From Bacteroidota bacterium (GTDB taxonomy: Bacteria > Bacteroidota > Bacteroidia > Chitinophagales > Chitinophagaceae): a stretch of 64,000 nucleotides of DNA. This document shows, one piece after another, positions 39,121 through 47,990 of this stretch. The stretch lies in the NCBI GenBank assembly GCA_018267915.1, contig JAFDXN010000059.1, forward strand, positions 4,655-68,654, written 5' to 3'. The position numbers were made by a program, and so were the translations under genes. The first letter of the stretch is position 1. Each line of letters starts with the position of its first letter. The notes under the pieces are model-generated. The model ran no database searches, had not been told where the DNA came from, and saw only the letters and a program-made list of their open reading frames with translations.

Positions 39121-39314
39121 TGGTTTTACTGCTTTTATTTTCCGGTGTTCCTTGGGGTAAGCCCCGGCAGCTGGCAGCTTTTCAGCTGTTAGCGTTTCCT
39201 CGGATAAAGATAAATAAAGTCACCCTGGTATTTGGCCTCTCCCTCACACAAATGATATACATCATTCCGGGGGCAGGCAATAGCATTCGGCACGATATTT
39301 TTCTCTGCCTGTTT

Positions 39315-40223
39315 ATGAACCTCAGACTTCTCTGCGCGCTTGCGTGCATTGTGTTATTCGCACAATGCAACGGCTGGCAGCAAAATAATAAAACGGTAGC
39401 CACTCACCGGTCGGAAATGCATCCTCCGGATACGCAACAGCAGGCCGCGGTACAAACGGTCGACACTGCGACGCGTGTAACCATCGTTTACCGTGCCATC
39501 ACCTCAAAGGACAGCATCAGGCACGCGCTCAAGTACTTTTCATCTCAACTTCCGGTATTATTTGCGGTCAACCGGGTGGACTCAGCCCACATTGTCTCGC
39601 TGGATACATTGATAATGCCCGACAAATTTGACCTTGACATACTGCAGTACTCGCCTTTCCCCACCGATGTGCCCGCTCTGAGGGATGTGCATAAGATATT
39701 GCTCTTCTCTTACCCTGCAGAATACTTCGCGGCTTATGAGAATGGTCGCCTGGTACGTTCGGGGCCTACCAGTATGGGACGTAAAAAAGATACGACGGCA
39801 ACGGGCCTCTTTTACTGCAACTGGAAAGCGGAGGAAACGAAAAGTACCTTCAACGATGAGTGGGACCTGAAATGGAATTTTAATATCCAGAACAAGGAAG
39901 GGATAGGTTTTCATCAGTATGCGTTGCCCGGCTATCCGGCGTCACATTCATGTCTGCGGCTGTTGGATACCGATGCGAGATACCTCTACAACTGGGCCGG
40001 TCAATGGGTGATCAAGGGCACGGATAATATACAAGTTTATGGCACACCCGTGATCGTGTTTGGCGCCTATCCTTTTGGTAGCCAAAAGCCCTGGCGGCGG
40101 CTGCTCAATGAACCGCATGCGCTGGATATTGATGCAGCGTCGCTCCAGGAGACCGTTGCTCCCTACCTTTCTGATATAATGAATAAGCAACAAAAACGGC
40201 AGTCGGGTACTGCAAAAAAATAG
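39315..40223 (+). CDS. L,D-transpeptidase (YkuD fold) lipoprotein
   Basis: Lipoprotein signal MNLRLLCALACIVLFAQC. Catalytic region GFHQYALPGYPASHSCLRL (His...Cys motif). The track ORF start 39093 overlaps the NRAMP gene and was rejected. Confidence 0.8.
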   Translation: MNLRLLCALACIVLFAQCNGWQQNNKTVATHRSEMHPPDTQQQAAVQTVDTATRVTIVYRAITSKDSIRHALKYFSSQLPVLFAVNRVDSAHIVSLDTLIMPDKFDLDILQYSPFPTDVPALRDVHKILLFSYPAEYFAAYENGRLVRSGPTSMGRKKDTTATGLFYCNWKAEETKSTFNDEWDLKWNFNIQNKEGIGFHQYALPGYPASHSCLRLLDTDARYLYNWAGQWVIKGTDNIQVYGTPVIVFGAYPFGSQKPWRRLLNEPHALDIDAASLQETVAPYLSDIMNKQQKRQSGTAKK

Positions 40224-40483
40224 CCATGGCGTTAGTTTTTGGCCAGTAATCCAGCCAGGCGGCTCGCTTGTATACGTTAATATACAGATGTGATTTTATG
40301 TTTAGGCGTCGTATGTTAAAAAAATGTTAGCAGAAATGGCGGCTTTATGCAATAAACTTATTATATTTATCCCGGCATTCCCAAATTAGCGACTAGTACC
40401 CGATTTGTTAATAAAAAATCCACACGCGTAAGCGAGTGTATTATCCGGCAAAAAATATATTTTTATACTCGTATTTATACATC

Positions 40484-42856
40484 ATGCTTATGAAAAGATC
40501 ATTTTACCCCAAAACTAAATTCGCGGTCCTGGTTACCGGACTGGTCTCACTTTTGTTATTATGCTCACGGCAGGCTAATGCTGCAGCATACTATGTTGTG
40601 GATAGTAATCCCTGGGGATTTACTTACAACAACAGTAATATGGATGCAGTTTTCGGGTCCGGCAACTGGACACAGGGCAATTCTTCCACTCCGGCTGCCA
40701 CGATCTTCGCACCCGGCGTCAACTTTGTGTTCCTGGAGGCGGGCGATGGAAACTCAACGATGGCCACATTTATAAGCAACAACATTACGACAATTGAGAA
40801 CTGGGTAGCTGCAGGTGGCCGCCTGTTTATGAATGCCGCCCCTAACTATGGCGGCAATCAAAGCTGGGGATTTGGAGGTACTACGCTGAACTATCCATCC
40901 TTTGCCGGAACCGTTACTACCAGCGTTCCTAGTCACCAGATATTTACCGGCCCTGCTACCCCAACTGCAACCACGATGTCGGGCAATTCTTATGCTCATG
41001 CCTATATTTCCGGCACCGGGCTCACCAGCCTGCTTTATGACGTTGCTTTCGCTCCTGATGCAAATCCCGTGCTTTGCTATAAAACATGGGGATCCGGGAT
41101 CGTATTTTTTGGAGGGATCACACAGCCCTGGTTTCATTCGCCGCAAGCTGAGGCGATCAATGTTTGGCAAAACATCTTGTTTTACGTAAATAATTATCCC
41201 CTACAGGGTATCCACGTGCAGCTTCCGGGCAATGTATTCTGCCCCGGCGCTGTGATCACCGTCAACTTCACTACTACTCTACTGAATTTTCATCCGGGTA
41301 ATGTGTACACTGTACAACTCAGTAACGCCGTTGGCTCTTTCGCAAGCCCGCTTACTCTGGGCACGCTTACAAGTACCGCAACCTCCGGCAGTATTACTGT
41401 CACTCTTCCATTTGCAACAGGAAATGGCTACAGGATCCGGATCGTATCAACCGACACAGCCTATACGGGAGCTGACAATGGTGTTAACATCATCATTGGC
41501 CAGCAAATACCGGATATCACCATTACCAGTTCTGCAAGCGGTTTTGTTTGCACGGGTACCTCAGTTACATTTAATGCACATACACAATTCCCGGGAATAT
41601 CACCAAACTTCCAATGGTTCGTCAACGGCTTCCCTGTAGGCAACAATGATAGCACTTACATTACTAATACACTCAACATGGGCGACCAGGTGAAGTGCGT
41701 TATCAACACCACCAGCCCATGTGTAGGACCCCAGACCGATACGAGCAATAGCATTATGGCCCTTATTACTCCGGCTCCAAACAACCTCGCCGGCTTTATT
41801 GGCACCACAGAGACCCAGGTAGCAGTCGTGAACGGCCCGCAGGATATACGCTATGAAAATGACTGCGACCTGATGGTGAGCATTAAACCAAGTAACCCGA
41901 ATCCCTACTATGGACAGTATGAAGCGGACGTGACAATAGATACCGCAGTTTTCACCTTTAACGGTCAACCCTATGTTGAAAGGCACTTCTCGATAAATCC
42001 CTATTATCCGGATGAAGTAGGTCCGGATCCTGAATCGCTGACTGCGCACATCACGCTATACGCATACCAGCACGAGTTCGACAATTATAATTTTGCTGCC
42101 GGCCCGTTAGGTGAGCCACTGCTTCCGACAGGCGGTGTGGATAATGGCAACGTAAGGGTTACACAATTCCACGGCTTTGGCACATATCCTGAAGATTTTG
42201 ACGTGCCCGGCGAATTGGTAATACCTAACGTCAGCTGGGATCCTACCCACAACTGGTGGCAGATAGATTTCGACGTGCATGGCTTTAGTGCTTTCTTTAT
42301 ACACACCGCTTTGGGCCCTAACCCTCTTGCCATTAGCATAGCCGATATCAGGGCTGCCAATGCAGGACAACGCAATCGTGTGGACTGGAGAACAGCTTCA
42401 GAGCAAACGGGCGATGTGATGACACTTGAGCGCAGTAAGGATGGTAAAGCGTTTGCCACATTGGCTAATATAGCCGGTAAGGGTGCTGCTTCCAACTACA
42501 CTTATTGGGACGAGAAACCTTATGCCGGTGTAAACTACTATAGGCTTAAAGTAACAGGAGCTGACAGGAGCGTAAGCTATTCGAATGTAGTGACTGCAAC
42601 CGTTACTACGGGCAATGCATTCACCGTAAGGGCTTATCCGAACCCTGTAAACGATGTGCTGACAGTTACATTATCAGGCGAGCGTGCAGCTAACAGCAAC
42701 ATCATAGTTACAGACATGATCGGCAGAACGGTAGCAACGCTCAACTGCGACAGCGACAAGATGACGATAGACATGAGTGGCCTTGCGCACGGTACATACA
42801 TCGTGAAATATACCGATGACGCGCACAGCGAGATCGTTAAGGTCAACAAACAATAG
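40484..42856 (+). CDS. Large secreted protein with T9SS type-A C-terminal sorting domain
   Basis: About 790 aa. Signal peptide ending ANA, Ig-like repeat region, and C-terminus YPNPVNDVLTVTL...GTYIVKYTDDAHSEIVKVNKQ. Confidence 0.8.
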   Translation: MLMKRSFYPKTKFAVLVTGLVSLLLLCSRQANAAAYYVVDSNPWGFTYNNSNMDAVFGSGNWTQGNSSTPAATIFAPGVNFVFLEAGDGNSTMATFISNNITTIENWVAAGGRLFMNAAPNYGGNQSWGFGGTTLNYPSFAGTVTTSVPSHQIFTGPATPTATTMSGNSYAHAYISGTGLTSLLYDVAFAPDANPVLCYKTWGSGIVFFGGITQPWFHSPQAEAINVWQNILFYVNNYPLQGIHVQLPGNVFCPGAVITVNFTTTLLNFHPGNVYTVQLSNAVGSFASPLTLGTLTSTATSGSITVTLPFATGNGYRIRIVSTDTAYTGADNGVNIIIGQQIPDITITSSASGFVCTGTSVTFNAHTQFPGISPNFQWFVNGFPVGNNDSTYITNTLNMGDQVKCVINTTSPCVGPQTDTSNSIMALITPAPNNLAGFIGTTETQVAVVNGPQDIRYENDCDLMVSIKPSNPNPYYGQYEADVTIDTAVFTFNGQPYVERHFSINPYYPDEVGPDPESLTAHITLYAYQHEFDNYNFAAGPLGEPLLPTGGVDNGNVRVTQFHGFGTYPEDFDVPGELVIPNVSWDPTHNWWQIDFDVHGFSAFFIHTALGPNPLAISIADIRAANAGQRNRVDWRTASEQTGDVMTLERSKDGKAFATLANIAGKGAASNYTYWDEKPYAGVNYYRLKVTGADRSVSYSNVVTATVTTGNAFTVRAYPNPVNDVLTVTLSGERAANSNIIVTDMIGRTVATLNCDSDKMTIDMSGLAHGTYIVKYTDDAHSEIVKVNKQ

Positions 42857-42875
42857 TTTTTTACTTTATGGTATA

Positions 42876-42902
42876 AAGCGGGCCTGTATCACAGGCCCGC
42901 TT
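42876..42902. terminator. Hairpin terminator between convergent genes
   Basis: Perfect 12-bp stem aagcgggcctgt/acaggcccgctt. The flanking T-runs are weak. Confidence 0.65.
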
Positions 42903-42920
42903 GTATTTTATATGTGTCCT

Positions 42921-43379
42921 TTACAAAACCTCGTGTATCCTGAATTCTTTATCATTAAATTCTACAGTGTCGCCGGCCTTCTGCCCGAGTAGTCGCATTG
43001 CGAGTGGCGCTGATGCCGACACGGCATAATAGGTTGAATTATTAACCAACAGTTTGCCAATGCTTATCGCAATGAAGTAATTGCCCTGGCTGGTACACAC
43101 GATGCTTCCCGGCTGTATTACGCCGCTATGAACTGCAGGGTTCACCTGGTCGAGGATGGCCTTTAGCTTTTGTAATTCGTTGAGGTGTGCTGTGTTCAGG
43201 TCTATTTCCTGTTGCATCATTTCACGGGCGGTCTCATATTTGTCGCCTGCGCTGCTCTTGGTGTCATCATTGGCAGCCTCGCGGGCGTCGGCAATGGTCT
43301 GTGAGGCTGCTGCCATGCCGTCAGCAATGTACTTTTTGCAAAGCTCGTATAGGAACTGTTTCAATTGCTGTGCGTCCAT
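42921..43379 (-). CDS. GreA/GreB-family-like protein (coiled coil + FKBP-like C-terminal domain)
   Basis: 152 aa. N-terminal charged coiled coil. The C-terminal APLAMRLLGQKAGDTVEF resembles the GreA C-terminal SP(I/L)G+ALLGKKVGD motif. Confidence 0.65.
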   Translation of the reverse strand: MDAQQLKQFLYELCKKYIADGMAAASQTIADAREAANDDTKSSAGDKYETAREMMQQEIDLNTAHLNELQKLKAILDQVNPAVHSGVIQPGSIVCTSQGNYFIAISIGKLLVNNSTYYAVSASAPLAMRLLGQKAGDTVEFNDKEFRIHEVL

Positions 43380-43432
43380 TTCTAACCAACAATGTTCCTT
43401 AAAAATAGCTACAACCCGGTCTTAAAACAAAC

Positions 43433-44128
43433 CTACGATTTGCCACCGTATTGTTTCATCAGCTCTTCTTCATAGTTCAGACCGATAGGAATGGCGAGAT
43501 CCCCGAGATGAACATTTTTATCGCGGATGGACGTAATAGCTGACAGCGGCACCACAAATGAACGGTGTACCCTGGCAAATTTATCGGCAGGCAATTTATC
43601 CATCAGCGCTTTCATCGTCATGCGTGCTGTTATGGTCTTGCCATTGTTTAGGTGGAATTTAAGGTAATCGCCGGCGCTTTCCATATATTGTATATCGGCG
43701 AACTGTACTTTATATAGGCTATAGTCGGCGCGAATGATGAGGTGTTGCCCGGCTGGTTTTTCCGCTTTCACATAGTCGTAATATTCTTTGACCTTGTCGG
43801 TGGCCTTTAAAAAGCGGTCGTAAGTGAAAGGTTTCAGCAGATAGTCCACTGCATCGAGGTTGAACCCTTCAACTGCATACTCGCTATAACCGGTCGTAAA
43901 AATAACGGGAGGCTTTATTGGGAGGGATTTGAAGAAGTCGATGCCGGACACGGAGGGCATTCTGATATCCAGGAACATGAGGTCGACAGGATTATTCTCC
44001 AGCCATGCAAGCGCCTCGTTCGGCTTCAGGAAGCTTTTAACCGGGTTGATATAACCTGTTTTAGCACAGAAGTGTTCTATGATCTTCAGCGAAGGTGTTT
44101 CGTCGTCGATGGCAATAGCGCTTATCAT
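43433..44128 (-). CDS. LytTR-family response regulator (REC + LytTR DNA-binding domain)
   Basis: 231 aa. The receiver has DLMFLDIRMP (phospho-acceptor Asp). The C-terminal LytTR pattern is FARVHRSFVV. Confidence 0.9.
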   Translation of the reverse strand: MISAIAIDDETPSLKIIEHFCAKTGYINPVKSFLKPNEALAWLENNPVDLMFLDIRMPSVSGIDFFKSLPIKPPVIFTTGYSEYAVEGFNLDAVDYLLKPFTYDRFLKATDKVKEYYDYVKAEKPAGQHLIIRADYSLYKVQFADIQYMESAGDYLKFHLNNGKTITARMTMKALMDKLPADKFARVHRSFVVPLSAITSIRDKNVHLGDLAIPIGLNYEEELMKQYGGKS

Positions 44129-44766
44129 GATAAGTGTATCGAGAGGTCCACTATAAATATATCGTTTTGTCGCGAAATTGCCAGCGTGTGTCTGCCGGGA
44201 TATTGATTTTGCAGGCGGTTTTGTGCGTTTGTAATGCCTCCCATGCCACTCCGCGGTTCTTCATTGGCTATTGGCACAATGTTATTTTCAGCATGCATTT
44301 TAAGCGTGTCGCCGGACACGTCAATATCAATGGCGATCCTACTGCCTGTTTCCGGGTTGATGCCATGCTTGAAAGCATTTTCTATAAACGGCAATAGAAA
44401 AAGGGGTGCTATATGTTTCCCGTACGCCTGGCCATTGACCTTATATTGAATATCAACACTACTGTTGCCGAACCGGTTGCGTTGAAGATCTATGAAGTTG
44501 CTTATACATTCCAATTCTACATTGAGCGGTATGAGATCGTTCGCGCTTTCGTTAAGCACGTAGCGCATGATGCCGGATAGCTTTGCGATCGCATCAGCGG
44601 CAGCCGGCGATTGCTCCAGCGCCATGCCGTAGATGGTATTGAGCGTATTGAAAAGAAAATGCGGGTTGACCTGCATCTTGATGTGTGCTAGTTCAGCCTC
44701 TGTTTTTTCTTTTTTCATTTTTCTGCACTGCTCGTCCATGTTTGCAGCAAGCGAGTATTTGATCAA
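44125..44766 (-). CDS. LytS/YehU-type histidine kinase core lacking any transmembrane sensor domain
   Basis: His_kinase H-box region QVNPHFLFNTLNTI, N-box IENAFKHG and G-box SGMGGITN. Only about 25-35 residues precede the H-box. An in-frame TAA at 44806..44808 blocks any upstream extension. The likely ATG is at 44739. A 4-nt overlap (ATGA) links it to the RR gene. Confidence 0.85.
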   Translation of the reverse strand: MIKYSLAANMDEQCRKMKKEKTEAELAHIKMQVNPHFLFNTLNTIYGMALEQSPAAADAIAKLSGIMRYVLNESANDLIPLNVELECISNFIDLQRNRFGNSSVDIQYKVNGQAYGKHIAPLFLLPFIENAFKHGINPETGSRIAIDIDVSGDTLKMHAENNIVPIANEEPRSGMGGITNAQNRLQNQYPGRHTLAISRQNDIFIVDLSIHLS

Positions 44767-44892
44767 TACAGTGTCGAAGCTACGGTCGATATTTATTACA
44801 CAAATTTAATTATAATAGCATTTGCCCACAGGTAAACTGTGGTAAAGGCTTTGAGGATTGCGACGAAACATGTAGAAGGGTTATTTTAGTGC

Positions 44893-45234
44893 GTGCTTTC
44901 AGTCTTAAAAAATGCAAACCTCGCAGTGCGCTTTGCGCTGGAATTATGCATGTTGGCAGCTTATGGCTGGTGGGGCTATCATAGCGGTACCGGTACCGTA
45001 TTTTCTATGGTGCTAATGGTAGCTCTCCCTTTAGTTGTAGCGATCGCCTGGGGTTTATTCCTTTCGCCCAAAGCTAAAGTGAAACCGCACATTAGCGTAA
45101 GGGTGATAATGGAGCTGATACTTTTTGGTATTGCCGCCTGGCTGGTCTACAGTGCCGGTATGGTCGTAGCCGGCAGCGCGCTGCTCGTAGCATTCATTGT
45201 TAACCGGGCCATCCTTTTGTTGCTTAAGTATTGA
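44893..45234 (+). CDS. Small membrane protein, YrdB/DUF2568-like
   Basis: 113 aa, four hydrophobic helices. The N-terminus ANLAVRFALELCMLAAYGWWGY resembles the DUF2568 family. GTG start. Confidence 0.6.
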   Translation: MLSVLKNANLAVRFALELCMLAAYGWWGYHSGTGTVFSMVLMVALPLVVAIAWGLFLSPKAKVKPHISVRVIMELILFGIAAWLVYSAGMVVAGSALLVAFIVNRAILLLLKY

Positions 45235-45241
45235 GTACAGA

Positions 45242-45625
45242 TCAGAGGGTGACGCGGGTGTTTCTATGCAGGCGCCTGGCTATCTCCATCATCCACTCAG
45301 GTTGCTCTGAATCAGGATATTCTGCCCCAAATATTTTCTCAGTGTATTGCATGAGCGACCTGACAATGATATCGTCAAATTCATCCCGCGCTTTTTGCAA
45401 ATCAACCGATCGTTCATTACGCATTTCCAGCAATGTCTGTTGTGCAGTTACTTGCAATTCGCTGAGCATGCCGTTGATGCGGTAGCTCGATTCCCAGCAA
45501 ATGCTATACAGCCCCGGCCGGTACGGCAAAGCCATGGAGCAATACTTATCTACAATATTGACAGCAACCTGCTGAAAGCGTGACATAAAATTGTTGAAGG
45601 TAGTGTCAGGGTTTCGTCTGCTCAT
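45242..45625 (-). CDS. Hypothetical protein
   Basis: 127 aa ORF downstream of the capD-like gene on the same strand. No motif recognised. Confidence 0.45.
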   Translation of the reverse strand: MSRRNPDTTFNNFMSRFQQVAVNIVDKYCSMALPYRPGLYSICWESSYRINGMLSELQVTAQQTLLEMRNERSVDLQKARDEFDDIIVRSLMQYTEKIFGAEYPDSEQPEWMMEIARRLHRNTRVTL

Positions 45626-45689
45626 AGTGGATAGATAAACCCTTACATATTAATAAATCATGCCAAGGAATCTGCCGAAATGATAAAAA

Positions 45690-47627
45690 CTAATTACTAA
45701 CGGTAGGCTTTACGTCCAGCTGCTCGTAAATGGAGTTATTGCTGATAAATTCGGGAACTATACTTTTCATCTGCGCCACAGTGCCCAGCGTGTCGTGGCT
45801 AGCCGCACGGGCAATAAGCTTGTCTATCTTTTCCTTAACCGTCTCGAAATCGTATTCCCTTACCTTGGCGATCATTATCTTGTTATGATAAGTAGGCATT
45901 GTATTCTCGGAGTTATTCAACAGCTCCTCGTACAGCTTCTCTCCCGGGCGAAGACCAGAAAATACTATGCGGATATCTACCTCAGGCACTTTGCCGGACA
46001 GCCTGATCATTTTGCGCGCCAGGTCGACGATCTTAACCGGCGAGCCCATGTCAAACACGAATATCTCGCCTCCCTGGCCCATAGCGCCTGCCTCGATTAC
46101 CAGTCGGCAAGCCTCGGGTATGGTCATAAAATAGCGGGTTATCTCAGGGTGGGTAACTGTTATAGGGCCACCATTTTCTATCTGCTTTTTAAAGCGCGGT
46201 ATCACGGAGCCATTGGAGCCTAATACATTGCCAAAGCGCGTGGTTACAAATCGTGTAGGCGGACGTCCATCGGCGTGTCTCGATGCGTGCTCTTTCTGCA
46301 GTTGCTTAAAGAAGCTTTGTGTAAATATTTCGGCAATACGTTTGGAAGCGCCCATCACATTAGTGGGGTTCACTGCTTTATCGGTCGACACCATTACAAA
46401 TTTCTCGACGCCGTATGCAGCCGACATTTCCGCTATTACACGAGTGCCTAAAACATTATTCAGAATGGCAACAGTGGGGTTGTCCTCCATCATCGGCACG
46501 TGCTTATATGCCGCAGCGTGGAAGACCAGGTCAGGCGTGAAGGTCTCGAAAAGGTACTTCATACGCTGGCGATCGGTAATATTACCCATGAAGATCTTGT
46601 ATGTTGCATCCGGGAACTACTCGTTCATCTCGAGGAACATATCGTGCATGGGTGTCTCGGCATTGTCGCACATGATGATGAGTGAAGGCTGGTATTCCGT
46701 CAATTGCCGTACCATTTCGCTGCCTATGGACCCTGCGGCGCCGGTTACCAGCACGGTCTTATTGCGCAGCTGACTGTTGATATAGTCGTTCTCGATTTTG
46801 ATGACATCACGCTCCAGCAAGTCCTCGATCTTTACGTCTTTAAGTTGGTCGGTATTCAGCGTGCCGTTGAGCCATTGCTGAATTGGTGGCACCTGCTGGA
46901 TCCGCATGCCGTAGTTGAGGCATACGTCAACCAGGTAGTTCAGTTTTTCCTTTGACAGATTGCGGTTGGCAATGATGAGCAGGCTCACATCCTCCTGCTT
47001 TAACTTGCGGAAACTCACCTCGTCGAGGTTGTAGATGGGCAGGCCTTCCATCATTTTACCGCCCGTCTCGCCGCCATCATCAAGGAAGGCCACCACCTGT
47101 ATACGGCCGTTGGGCATGCCGTTTATTACTCTTTTCGTAATGAGGCCATGTTCATTGGTATCGAAGACAACGGCTTTGGTTTTACTTTTTTCATCGAGCC
47201 GGTGCTGCTGGTAAAAATTATAGAAATACCGTATCAATAACCTGTAGCCTATGAGAATGAAAGAGGTGATAAAAAAGTTTATGGCAACTACCGCCTTGGG
47301 GAACAACAGGTGTGCATGCGGCGGACGATTGACGATCAGGTTGACAGCGTAGTAAAACAACGCCGCAATAGTGGTGACCGTGAATAGCCGGAATGTGTCT
47401 TCGATATTGGTATAGCGTATGATACCTGCATAACTGCGCAACAGGTAAAAAAGTATCATATTCAACACCAGGGATAGCAGCAGGATCGAGCGGATCTCGA
47501 AACGTGCCATAAGTGTCAGGTCAAAATTGAACCTGAGCAGGAATGAGGTAAATATGCCTACTTCAACTAATATGAGGTCAAGTAGGAATATGATCCAGCG
47601 TGGTAGAATTCTAATCCTATACTGCAT
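45690..47627 (-). pseudogene. CapD/WbpM/PglF-type polysaccharide biosynthesis protein (membrane-anchored NDP-sugar 4,6-dehydratase/epimerase) interrupted by one in-frame TAG
   Basis: ORFs 46617..47627 (TM helices plus Rossmann VLVTGAAGSIGSE) and 45690..46589 (HAAAYKHVPMME and the rest of the SDR fold) are in the same frame. The junction reads FLEMNE-TAG-FPDATYKIF-MGNITD. The combined 645 codons equal the usual family length. Confidence 0.85.
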
Positions 47628-47823
47628 TTACATGGTGTCTTTCCTCTACCCAAAAATATACGAAGAAAATGAAAAAGGGTTTGAATTGCCTACGATGAAT
47701 ACTCAGTTCATATGGGCTTTCACTTTATTCCTCTGGAAGATACAGCAAAGGTACGATAAAAACAATATTTGTACCTCAAACACAATAGACATAGGATATT
47801 GTTAAATCCGTCTTAAACTGCTG

Positions 47824-47975
47824 CCATTTTTGTTGTTCGCTTGTTAATGAGGCTTATTTCTTTTCATTTTTTTCGTCGGCGATTTAACTTGCCGCACATT
47901 TTTTAGAGGGTTTATTTTTCAGAAGATCTCATTTTTCGCAGAGGAGTCATTTTTTATAGAGGACATTTTTTCTGA
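47824..47975 (+). repeat. Degenerate direct repeats built on CATTTTT(T), including 2.5 tandem 18-bp units
   Basis: CATTTTT occurs at 47825, 47865, 47897, 47930, 47948 and 47964. Units tcatttttcgcagaggag (47929..47946) and tcattttttatagaggac (47947..47964) are adjacent. A related acattttttagaggg lies at 47896. Confidence 0.6.
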
Positions 47976-47990
47976 ATTTATCAAAATGAT

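Noticed and set aside
39121-39200. yybP-ykoY (Mn) riboswitch in front of the NRAMP gene.
   Set aside because: That riboswitch class normally controls exporters, and I did not find its conserved four-way-junction sequence. Only short palindromes are present; these are reported separately at low interest.
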